From positions 32,001 to 96,000 of the IMG/VR virus record IMGVR_UViG_3300032280_000659: 64,000 bases of DNA. The stretch is one strand, 5' to 3'. The notes under the pieces are model-generated. The model saw only the letters and a program-made list of their open reading frames with translations. It did no database searches and was not told the DNA's origin. Within the stretch, counting starts at the first letter, position 1. Each line of letters starts with the position of its first letter. Below, piece after piece: positions 1 through 6,938 of this stretch. Position numbers and translations under genes: made by a program. This stretch comes from a virus (Duplodnaviria; Caudoviricetes).

Positions 1-1
1 G

Positions 2-199
2 GCTATTCGACTCCACACTGGATGGGGTCTGAAAGAGGCCAAGGATTGGACTGACTATCTGGTTGGTGGCTGGCATTACGACAAGTTCGTTCCTGCCAAG
101 TCCGGGGCCAAGCAGAGTATCACTCTGAAAACGCCCGAAGCGGCAGAGGCACTGCTGCGTGATCTGGTGGGTTTGGGTTGTGAGGGTTATCTCTCATGA
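2..199 (+). CDS. 3' end of a ribosomal protein L7/L12 C-terminal-domain-like protein (partial, runs off window)
   Basis: Frame 2 from base 2 reads AIRLHTGWGLKEAKDWTD...EAAEALLRDLVGLGCEGYLS*, matching the L7/L12 CTD motif IR..TG.GLKEAK; not in the ORF track. Confidence 0.65.
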   Translation, partial: AIRLHTGWGLKEAKDWTDYLVGGWHYDKFVPAKSGAKQSITLKTPEAAEALLRDLVGLGCEGYLS

Positions 200-281
200 C
201 CTAAAGCCTTGTCCCTAAAGAACTTAGGGCGAGGCTGGGCCGCCAAATTTGATGTAAGTCTTTATCTGTAAACAACTTAGG
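200..281. repeat. Paired 11-7-11 palindrome element, copy A
   Basis: CCTAAAGCCTT-N7-AAGAACTTAGG (200-228), GC-rich 24-bp linker, TGTAAGTCTTT-N7-AACAACTTAGG (253-281). Confidence 0.85.
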
Positions 282-320
282 ACAAAATCAAAAATTTTTG
301 AGGCTCACTCAAGTTCCTGC

Positions 321-349
321 TTGACAATGACGATACTATACTGTAGAAT
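321..349 (+). promoter_or_regulatory. sigma70-type promoter with CGAT box
   Basis: TTGACA-atgaCGATactatactg(17)-TAGAAT; a second promoter TTGACA-17-TATACT starts at 411. Confidence 0.8.
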
Positions 350-487
350 GAGAGTATCACAAGTCAAGACCCCGCGACGATGCACAACATAAGAAACCAT
401 CACGACGGACTTGACAAGTGAGTATTAGTATCGTATACTGATACTGTCCGATTGAGTTAGTTTTACAATTACTTTGGAGGTTTTACT

Positions 488-748
488 ATGAAGGCTTTTA
501 GTTTCAATGTGACGATTGCTTCGGATGTTCTTGATACGGATGTGGTGGAAGATACGCTGCGTCAGGCTCTTGTCGATGGTCTGCCGAGCGAGACTCTTGC
601 TCTTGTCAAGGCCGATGGTGTGAAGGAGTATAGTGAGCAGGGTTGGAAGGTTGCTCGTAACCGTAAGTTCGGTATCGGTGTCAAGGAGGCCGGTGACGGC
701 CACAAGGCAACGAAGTCTAGCAAAGCAACAGAGGAAGCGGTTGCGTGA
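488..748 (+). CDS. hypothetical protein
   Basis: 86-aa ORF, strong GGAGG RBS, downstream of tandem promoters. Confidence 0.8.
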   Translation: MKAFSFNVTIASDVLDTDVVEDTLRQALVDGLPSETLALVKADGVKEYSEQGWKVARNRKFGIGVKEAGDGHKATKSSKATEEAVA

Positions 749-770
749 TAGACTCTAAGGAGTTATAATG

Positions 771-808
771 ACTGCGAGCCTCCACGGGACGCCGTGGGGG
801 CTTGCGGT
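771..808 (+). terminator. 17-bp GC-rich hairpin (terminator or processing site) upstream of tRNA-Arg
   Basis: ACTGCGAGCCTCCACGG-GACG-CCGTGGGGGCTTGCGGT; G-U pairs favour the + strand; weak U tail. Confidence 0.6.
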
Positions 809-814
809 ATTGAC

Positions 815-886
815 GGCCCCATAGTTAAATGGATATAATAAGTGACTTCTAATCTCTAGTTGCAGGTTCGATTCCTGCTGGGGCTA
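815..886 (+). tRNA. tRNA-Arg(TCT)
   Basis: Acceptor GGCCCCA/TGGGGCT, anticodon loop CT-TCT-AA, T arm GCAGG-TTCGATT-CCTGC; one mismatch in the anticodon stem; no encoded CCA. Confidence 0.88.
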
Positions 887-891
887 TTGTT

Positions 892-965
892 GGGGGTGTA
901 GATCAATTGGTTAGATCGCTAGCTTGTCACGCTAGAGGTTGCGGGTTCGAGTCCCGTCACTCTCG
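892..965 (+). tRNA. tRNA-Asp(GTC)
   Basis: Full cloverleaf, CTAGC-TTGTCAC-GCTAG anticodon arm. Confidence 0.93.
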
Positions 966-970
966 TTTGT

Positions 971-1052
971 TGTAAACCCTTACTACATAAGCACTTAGAG
1001 CAAATGCGGCGGGCCGGCCGCGTCGTAAGTCCTTATCTAGCAACAACTTGCA
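971..1052. repeat. Paired 11-7-11 palindrome element, copy B
   Basis: TGTAAACCCTT-N7-AAGCACTTAGA (971) and CGTAAGTCCTT-N7-AACAACTTGCA (1024); 53-bp offset; promoter TTGACT-17-TAGAAT at 1081. Confidence 0.85.
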
Positions 1053-1130
1053 TCAAGAATAATTTTTTAGAGTTTTTCGCTTGACTATGCCGATACCATA
1101 GTGTAGAATCGGTAGACACAGGAGAAGAAC

Positions 1131-1835
1131 ATGAAAACTGCTGATGGTAATGATAAGTTGGGTAAGGGTTGCATTGTGGTATCGCGTCCAGTGGGTGATA
1201 CTTGTCCGCCAGACTGCGACTATCTTGGCAACGGTTGCTATGCCGAAGCTACTGAAAACCAGTATAAAAATGCTCGTACTGCTGGTTTTGCTAATGTCGT
1301 GACCGAGAAGAATAAAATCCGTGCCATGATTCTGGATGCAAAGCGTCGTGAGAAGTCTATTCGTTGGCATGAACGTGGCGACTGGTTTCTCAATGGACAA
1401 CTTGACCTAGACTATGTTGCTAATGTAACGTGGGCTTGTGAGAGTATTCTTGCCGATGGTGATACGTTGCCCGATATGTGGTTTTATACTCATATCTACG
1501 ATGCTCGGCTTGTGAGTCTGGAAAAGTATATGAATGTATATGCTAGTGTGCATGATGATAATGATATGGGCGAAGCACTATCACAGGGTTTCAAGCTGTT
1601 TGCATGGTGTGACAGCGATATGAAGATTGCACCCAAGCGACCCAAGAGCAAAGCAAAGGCAGAAGCATGGCGACAAGCACTACCGAAGCTGGTGGTTCTC
1701 AATGCTACAAAGTTTGTAGTGTGTCCGGAAATCCGTCGTGGTCGTTCGGAAATCACTTGCACTGGTACTAAAGATAGTATATCATGTGACTTGTGTGTTC
1801 GTGGTTTGGCTAATGTCTTGTTTCCAGCCCATTGA
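1131..1835 (+). CDS. Cys-rich Gp88-like (radical-SAM-related) phage protein
   Basis: GNDKLG...TCPPDC...GCYA, RWHERGD, WFYTH and C-terminal CP...C...CDLC motifs typical of this phage family. Confidence 0.55.
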   Translation: MKTADGNDKLGKGCIVVSRPVGDTCPPDCDYLGNGCYAEATENQYKNARTAGFANVVTEKNKIRAMILDAKRREKSIRWHERGDWFLNGQLDLDYVANVTWACESILADGDTLPDMWFYTHIYDARLVSLEKYMNVYASVHDDNDMGEALSQGFKLFAWCDSDMKIAPKRPKSKAKAEAWRQALPKLVVLNATKFVVCPEIRRGRSEITCTGTKDSISCDLCVRGLANVLFPAH

Positions 1836-1846
1836 AAGGAATAAAA

Positions 1847-2416
1847 ATGAGCTACATTGGATTGTATGATGATGCAGGAAGTAAGAATGCTTTCTATATT
1901 ATCAAAGATAAAAAGATTGGTCGTAAACGGGTGGGCTTCAAAGAGTTTGAGAATGAGCAAGAGGCTAAGTTTGCCCATCGGGTTCAGTCTCATTTGGCAC
2001 AGTTTGATTTAGCCCCTATGGTATATGGGGATGTTGGTATGATTCGTAGGCATGATGGTGAGTTGACTGCTCATGGTTATTTGACCGAAGTGGCTCGACC
2101 TATGCCGGAATGTCATGATGATGAATATTGTGATGGTGAATGTTTTGAGAGTAGTTGTAAGAATGGTATTTCTATCATGGGAATAGTATCTGATTTAGAT
2201 GAGCATGGTTTATCATACAATGACGCTCATAGAGGAAACTTTGGTTATGTTCGACGCAAAGGATCATGGGTTCCGGTTGTGATCGACCTTGGTATTGAGA
2301 GTTTTACTGATTGGGATGAAGATATTTATGGACAGTTTGATTATAATGATGATTGTAATGATGATTATAATGGATGTAATTGTGTTCACTGCCAAAAATT
2401 TAGAGATAGGGGATAA
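1847..2416 (+). CDS. protein-kinase-like (PKL-fold) phosphotransferase
   Basis: GFKEF (beta3 Lys), DAHRGN catalytic loop, IDLG (DFG-like); acidic/Cys-rich tail. Confidence 0.6.
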   Translation: MSYIGLYDDAGSKNAFYIIKDKKIGRKRVGFKEFENEQEAKFAHRVQSHLAQFDLAPMVYGDVGMIRRHDGELTAHGYLTEVARPMPECHDDEYCDGECFESSCKNGISIMGIVSDLDEHGLSYNDAHRGNFGYVRRKGSWVPVVIDLGIESFTDWDEDIYGQFDYNDDCNDDYNGCNCVHCQKFRDRG

Positions 2417-2418
2417 TC

Positions 2419-2649
2419 ATGGCAAAGTATTATATCAAATGTGGGACACTAGAACTAATTTATTCCTGCAACAAATGTCCAAGGGATGCTGCGATGGATG
2501 CTATATGGGAAACAAATGAAAATGATACACTAGATGAACACTTCTATATAGATGAGCGTGGGTATAGAGACTATGTTACTGCTGATGGACATACTTGTGT
2601 ATTAAATACTGGTCATATTCTCATAGACGCAGGATGGAGTATTGAATAA
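2419..2649 (+). CDS. hypothetical protein
   Basis: 76-aa ORF with RBS, coupled to its neighbours. Confidence 0.7.
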   Translation: MAKYYIKCGTLELIYSCNKCPRDAAMDAIWETNENDTLDEHFYIDERGYRDYVTADGHTCVLNTGHILIDAGWSIE

Positions 2650-2819
2650 TGTGGATTATTATTGACGAGAAAAAGGTAAGACATTTGTGGGAATGTTCAG
2701 AATGTAATAGGCAAGCATATGTAGAGCCTTGGTACTATTCAGAGATGGGTACTCCATCGTGTGAAATTTGTGAAAGAGAGATGGAGTATATCAACACACA
2801 AATAGATATAGAGAGTTGA
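2649..2819 (+). CDS. small zinc-ribbon protein (56 aa)
   Basis: MWIIIDEKKVRHLWECSECNR...PSCEICEREMEY...; TAATG coupling; not in the ORF track. Confidence 0.65.
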   Translation: MWIIIDEKKVRHLWECSECNRQAYVEPWYYSEMGTPSCEICEREMEYINTQIDIES

Positions 2820-2901
2820 CGTAAACCCTTGCTACCATTGCACTTATGGCAAGCGGGGCCGCCCAACTTTGACGTAAGTCCTTAATCCACAAAGCTTTAG
2901 A
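2820..2901. repeat. Paired 11-7-11 palindrome element, copy C
   Basis: CGTAAACCCTT-N7-TTGCACTTATG (2820) and CGTAAGTCCTT-N7-AAAGCTTTAGA (2873); 53-bp offset. Confidence 0.85.
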
Positions 2902-2991
2902 GCAAATCCAAAAATCTTCTAAAGTTTCTACGCTGGATTGGTCGATAATAAGGATATGAGAACGACAAGAGAATCAACAAGGGGTGAGAGA

Positions 2992-3351
2992 ATGATCCAG
3001 TGGGTTGGAATTGTGATTACGATTTTGGGTCTGGCTTATACGGGAATCAAAGATTATCAAAAAGGTGATATTAAATTCCCTCCAATCCCACAGAAACCGG
3101 CCTTGACAAAGGTGGTTTATCCGGTACAATATTGTCTGATGGCTTACGATCCTAATGTTGACAAGGTTTTTTACTTACACGAAAATGGACAATGGCATGA
3201 TTACGCTCCAGAACAACGACGATATTCGACCACGCCGCAACCATATCAAAATCAAGGTCAAGAAACCGTGGGAAATTCCTACAGGACACAAGGAGCATCG
3301 GTATACCGTTATGGACAATCGCCCCAAGCGTCAGCGAACACGATCCGCTGA
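2992..3351 (+). CDS. membrane-anchored hypothetical protein
   Basis: MIQWVGIVITILGLAYTG N-terminal TM segment; ATG 2992 has a GGGGTG RBS. Confidence 0.65.
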   Translation: MIQWVGIVITILGLAYTGIKDYQKGDIKFPPIPQKPALTKVVYPVQYCLMAYDPNVDKVFYLHENGQWHDYAPEQRRYSTTPQPYQNQGQETVGNSYRTQGASVYRYGQSPQASANTIR

Positions 3352-3385
3352 AAAGCGTAGGGCTTGTCAAGATGATGACTATTGA
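3197..3385 (+). CDS. small basic protein overlapping the upstream gene
   Basis: KVKKPWEIPTGHKEH...MDNRPKRQRTR; promoter TTGACA-16-TACAAT at 3103 inside the upstream gene. Confidence 0.5.
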   Translation: MITLQNNDDIRPRRNHIKIKVKKPWEIPTGHKEHRYTVMDNRPKRQRTRSAEKRRACQDDDY

Positions 3386-3401
3386 CTATAATAGTTTGAT
3401 T

Positions 3402-3474
3402 GCCGATGTAACTCAGTTGGTAGAGTGTTAGTTTTGTAAACTAAATGTCGCCGGATCGTTCCCGGCCATCGGCT
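3402..3474 (+). tRNA. tRNA-Thr(TGT)
   Basis: GCCGATG/CATCGGC acceptor, TTAGT-TTTGTAA-ACTAA; atypical T loop ATCGTTC. Confidence 0.88.
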
Positions 3475-3475
3475 C

Positions 3476-3546
3476 TCCGGGATAGTGTAACGGTAGCACC
3501 AGAGATTTTGGTTCTCTTTGTCTGGGTTCGAATCCTAGTCCCGGAA
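3476..3546 (+). tRNA. tRNA-Gln(TTG)
   Basis: TCCGGGA/TCCCGGA acceptor (U1-A72), AGAGA-TTTTGGT-TCTCT. Confidence 0.92.
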
Positions 3547-3554
3547 TTAGATAT

Positions 3555-3626
3555 TGCCCGATAGCACAACGGTAGTGCGGCAAACTGTTAATTTGTAGGT
3601 TCTAGGTTCGAATCCTAGTCGGGCAG
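3555..3626 (+). tRNA. tRNA-Asn(GTT)
   Basis: TGCCCGA/TCGGGCA acceptor, GCAAA-CTGTTAA-TTTGT. Confidence 0.93.
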
Positions 3627-3629
3627 TTT

Positions 3630-3716
3630 GGAATCTTGGCCGAGTGGTTTAAGGCAGCGGTTTACTAAACCGCCGAGGGTTAAAATCCTCCGTGGGTTCG
3701 AATCCCTCAGATTCCG
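3630..3716 (+). tRNA. tRNA-Ser(ACT)
   Basis: GGAATCT/AGATTCC acceptor, G73, long variable arm, GCGGT-TTACTAA-ACCGC (anticodon 3664-3666). Confidence 0.88.
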
Positions 3717-3766
3717 CTAAAGAAAGGTCTTGACAACAGTCGATACTTACTGTAGAATACGAACAC

Positions 3767-3840
3767 GGGGCGTTGCAGCCGGTAGTTGCAATCACTCTTA
3801 TAAGGTGACCATAAGGTAGGTTCGACTCCTACACGCCCTA
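3767..3840 (+). tRNA. tRNA-Ile(TAT)
   Basis: GGGGCGT/ACGCCCT acceptor, TCACT-CTTATAA-GGTGA, GTAGG-TTCGACT-CCTAC; own promoter TTGACA-17-TAGAAT at 3730. Confidence 0.8.
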
Positions 3841-3871
3841 TTCGGAGGCTGATGTTTGGGTTACGATGGCT

Positions 3872-3943
3872 GGCCCTATAGTCTAACGGCTAGGACGACA
3901 GCCTTTCACGCTGTAGATTTGAGTTCGATTCTCAATAGGGTCA
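3872..3943 (+). tRNA. tRNA-Glu(TTC)
   Basis: GGCCCTA/TAGGGTC acceptor, ACAGC-CTTTCAC-GCTGT. Confidence 0.92.
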
Positions 3944-3950
3944 TTTAATA

Positions 3951-4157
3951 ATGTTTCATATTAGACATGATGTTGGCGATATGGTGTGGGTAGAAACTAC
4001 AGAGTATTCTGCTAGTAGAGCAAGAATTACCGGCACTCATACTGACGGGTACTATGTTAATTTCATAGATAAAACATCTGAACAAGAATCTTGTCACAAC
4101 TATCCTGTTATGAGTCGAAAGGTTAAGCCTATCGATTACATAGGACTAGAAAAATAA
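3951..4157 (+). CDS. small hypothetical protein (SH3/Tudor-like)
   Basis: 68 aa, HDVGDMVWV...ARITG...YYVNF beta-barrel pattern. Confidence 0.55.
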   Translation: MFHIRHDVGDMVWVETTEYSASRARITGTHTDGYYVNFIDKTSEQESCHNYPVMSRKVKPIDYIGLEK

Positions 4158-4230
4158 AATTTCTCAACTCTGACCACTTGACAGACCGATGATAGTATGG
4201 TAAGCTGTTGGCACACACAAGGAAACTAAA

Positions 4231-4395
4231 ATGAAGAATCTACGCATCTATGATATTGTAACTGAAGATGGTAAAACTCTTGCCGATATTCAACTTGCCA
4301 TGCAAGAAGATTTTGACTGGGTTGATATTTTTGATAAGTTATACGATATGACTAGTGAGAATGTTGAGAGTTATTCTTACGAAGAAGTTAAGTAA
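4231..4395 (+). CDS. small acidic hypothetical protein (54 aa)
   Basis: AAGGA RBS, promoter at 4178; not in the ORF track. Confidence 0.65.
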   Translation: MKNLRIYDIVTEDGKTLADIQLAMQEDFDWVDIFDKLYDMTSENVESYSYEEVK

Positions 4396-4401
4396 TAAGG
4401 C

Positions 4402-4474
4402 GGGCCTTTAGCTCAATTGGCAGAGCAAGGAGCTTTTAACTCTTAGGTTCAGGGTTCGAGTCCCTGAGGGCCCA
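4402..4474 (+). tRNA. tRNA-Lys(TTT)
   Basis: GGGCCTT/AGGGCCC acceptor, AGGAG-CTTTTAA-CTCTT. Confidence 0.93.
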
Positions 4475-4525
4475 CTTGACAATGTTGGTTGTTGGTGTAG
4501 AATAGAGGCATGAAAGGGATTTACT

Positions 4526-4699
4526 ATGCGTTATGAAGATTACTATGATGGATACAACTATAACTACGATGATCTCTTAGAGAATACTGAGGATCTCGGT
4601 TTAGATGAAGAACCTTGGATGCAGGATGCAGAAGATGACGAGGTTCCATCTTATGGTAAGAATTATTATTCAGATACCATTGAAGAAGATGACGATTAA
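4526..4699 (+). CDS. very acidic Tyr-rich small protein (57 aa)
   Basis: MRYEDYYDGYNYNYDDLLENTEDLGLDEEPWMQDAEDDEV...IEEDDD; own promoter at 4476 and an RBS. Confidence 0.65.
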   Translation: MRYEDYYDGYNYNYDDLLENTEDLGLDEEPWMQDAEDDEVPSYGKNYYSDTIEEDDD

Positions 4700-4794
4700 T
4701 TATTGTGGATGCTTCTAGGTGGGCCTAGACAAAATTATCTGGAATTATTTCCTATCATATGTAGAAGTACGTTCGAATCGTACCATCCACTTTT

Positions 4795-5286
4795 ATGTTT
4801 ACCATTGATAGCCACAGAAAAACTAATGATGGTAAAGTGATTCAGGGTTCTTCTCATACCTCTATTATTCTGAATCATCAGTATAGGAATAAAATTATTA
4901 TGGAGGCAGTAAAGGAGCTGCGTAGCCATAATTTTGATAGCATTGCTTGTTGTGGTACTAGTGGACTAATGGTTGTTCCACAGATAGCCGAGATACTAGA
5001 TAAGCATATTGTCGTGATTCGTAAACCAAGTGATAAACGTTATTCAATTTTTGATATAGAAGGAGTAGCACCTTATCATTATATTATTGTTGATGATCTT
5101 ACTTGTTCAGGAACCACTATAAAACTAATTCAGAATACTCTACATAATGAATGTCCACGCGCTATATGCGTAGGAGCCTACTTCTACTTACCGGATGAGT
5201 GCGCTTATTCTGGTAAAGAAGGTCATGAGCTTTTTCAAAAGGACTTCGGCTTCCCTGCTCTAAACTCCTTTCCACAAAGGACTTAG
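4795..5286 (+). CDS. type I phosphoribosyltransferase
   Basis: PRPP-binding motif YIIVDDLTCSGTT; IVVIRK. Confidence 0.8.
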   Translation: MFTIDSHRKTNDGKVIQGSSHTSIILNHQYRNKIIMEAVKELRSHNFDSIACCGTSGLMVVPQIAEILDKHIVVIRKPSDKRYSIFDIEGVAPYHYIIVDDLTCSGTTIKLIQNTLHNECPRAICVGAYFYLPDECAYSGKEGHELFQKDFGFPALNSFPQRT

Positions 5287-5340
5287 GGCAAGGCCGCCCG
5301 GCCCCGGTCGCCGTAAGTCCTTGTCTGACAACCACTTGCG
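5259..5340. repeat. Paired 11-7-11 palindrome element, copy D
   Basis: TCTAAACTCCT-N7-AAGGACTTAGG (5259) and CGTAAGTCCTT-N7-AACCACTTGCG (5312); promoter TTGACA-17-TAGAAT at 5369. Confidence 0.85.
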
Positions 5341-5440
5341 TCACGAAATTTTTTCTCAAAGTTTCCGCTTGACAGTGACGATAACATAGTGTAGAATCAG
5401 TGAAGTAGAACGATTGAACAGCAACACGAAAGGGATGATT

Positions 5441-6391
5441 ATGGCTCATGCAGTTGAACAGATGATGTTTGTTGGTGCGACCCCGTGGCACGGTCTGGGG
5501 AACCAACTCGACGAGGCTCCAACGGTTTCGGAGGCGATTACTGCCGCCGGTTTGGATTGGGAAGTTGGCTTGAAGGATCTGGTCACGGTGGACGGCCAGC
5601 CCGTTCCGGCCCGTGCGACGTTCCGCAAGACTGACGATAGCATCTTGGGCGTTGTCGGCCCCCGCTACACCCCGCTGCAAAACAGCGAGGCGTTCGACTG
5701 GTTCCAGCCGTTTCTCGACGCTGGCGAGTGCAACCTGCACACTGCGGGTTCTTTGCACAGCGGTCAGAAGGTCTGGGTGCTTGCCCAGTTGAACCGCAGC
5801 AATAGCGAGATCGTGAAGGGTGACGAGGTTGGGAAGTTCATTCTTCTCAGCAACTCGCACGACGGCACGACCGCTATCCGTGTCGGCTACACGCCGATCC
5901 GGGTTGTGTGTGCAAACACGATGGCAATGGCCCACAGTAAGGGTAGCGGTTCCAAGCTGATTCGGATTCGACACACACGTTCCAGCAAGAGCAATCTGGA
6001 AAACGTGAGGGATATCATGGACAACATCAACATGGAGTTTGAAGCGACTGCGGAGCAGTTCAAATTCCTTGCGTCCAAGAACTTCAATCAGGCTGACGTT
6101 CGCCGGTATGTCAAGGTGATGCTTGATATCGACGGCACGCCTGACGATCAGATCAAGACTCGTACCAGAAATATCATGGACGAGATTCTGGCTCTGGTCG
6201 AAGGCCCGAAGCAGAGTGCGACGGGGGTTCGTGGAACTTGGTGGGCCGCGTACAACGGCTACAACGAGTACCTGAATTACAACAAGGGTCGCACCGAAGA
6301 TAATCGGCTCGACTCTCTCTGGTTCGGCCAGAATGGGGTTGACAACTCCAAGGCTCTGACCACTGCCTTGGATTTCGCCAACGCACTGTAG
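5441..6391 (+). CDS. DUF932 / TIGR03299-type phage-plasmid protein
   Basis: MAHAVEQM...PWHGLG...AGLDWEV...YTPLQN...TAGSL...NSHDGT...PIRVVCANT...GTWWAAYN; markedly GC-rich. Confidence 0.9.
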   Translation: MAHAVEQMMFVGATPWHGLGNQLDEAPTVSEAITAAGLDWEVGLKDLVTVDGQPVPARATFRKTDDSILGVVGPRYTPLQNSEAFDWFQPFLDAGECNLHTAGSLHSGQKVWVLAQLNRSNSEIVKGDEVGKFILLSNSHDGTTAIRVGYTPIRVVCANTMAMAHSKGSGSKLIRIRHTRSSKSNLENVRDIMDNINMEFEATAEQFKFLASKNFNQADVRRYVKVMLDIDGTPDDQIKTRTRNIMDEILALVEGPKQSATGVRGTWWAAYNGYNEYLNYNKGRTEDNRLDSLWFGQNGVDNSKALTTALDFANAL

Positions 6392-6411
6392 TTTTCCTTT
6401 CGTGGCGTGGC

Positions 6412-6451
6412 AGGGGAGGCCGTCCCTCAGTGGTGGGGGGCGGCTTCCTCT
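6412..6451 (+). terminator. 18-bp hairpin terminator after DUF932
   Basis: AGGGGAGGCCGTCCCTCA-GTGG-TGGGGGGCGGCTTCCTCT followed by ATTTCT. Confidence 0.65.
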
Positions 6452-6473
6452 ATTTCTAAACAACAGGAGATTG

Positions 6474-6555
6474 CGTAAGTGCTTGCTACATAAGGACTTA
6501 CGTCAAGCCCGGCCCGGCAATTTAGTCCTAAGTCTAATGAAATCAATGACTTACA
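6474..6555. repeat. Paired 11-7-11 palindrome element, copy E (solo sites also at 6610-6638 and 6761-6789)
   Basis: CGTAAGTGCTT-N7-AAGGACTTACG (6474) and CCTAAGTCTAA-N7-AATGACTTACA (6527); 53-bp offset. Confidence 0.85.
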
Positions 6556-6680
6556 TCAAATAGCCTATAGACAACCATGCGAACTGCCGATATACTATAG
6601 GGTGGTGGTCGTAAGTCTAATGCTGCCAATAGGTTAGAGAAAAATAGTAAAAGTAATTTATAATTGTAATAGGGTAAATT

Positions 6681-6726
6681 TGTCTTAGCTTATCCTGCGG
6701 GTTTGCCGGTCATGCCGACAGTCAGC
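6681..6726. repeat. 46-bp tripartite motif, copy 1
   Basis: TGTCTTAGCTTA-N7-GGTTTGC-N13-AGTCAGC. Confidence 0.8.
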
Positions 6727-6938
6727 CAGATTTCTACATATATTAGATAGTCTGATGAATCATAAGTCTAGTATCCATAGGGACTTGCGTCAAATAGTAA
6801 CATGTGGTATACTGTCTGTAGGAGAGAGGCTATTAGATAAAGTAATAGTCTGTTGAGATTTAGTCTCAATTATTCTCAATAAAAATTATAAGCACTCTAT
6901 ATATTATAGGTCATAGTCTGGCCTATTCTGGGGTCCTT

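Noticed and set aside
3402-4474. Self-cleaving (theta/HDV-like) ribozymes between tRNAs
   Set aside because: The spacers within the cluster are too short or are occupied by promoters and ORFs; no nested pseudoknot could be built by eye.
5162-6463. 433-aa minus-strand ORF
   Set aside because: Antisense shadow of the GC-rich DUF932 gene; no motifs or RBS.
200-6789. CRISPR array interpretation of the palindromic repeats
   Set aside because: The repeats are degenerate, come in pairs and are separated by whole genes rather than 30-40 bp spacers; no cas genes are present.
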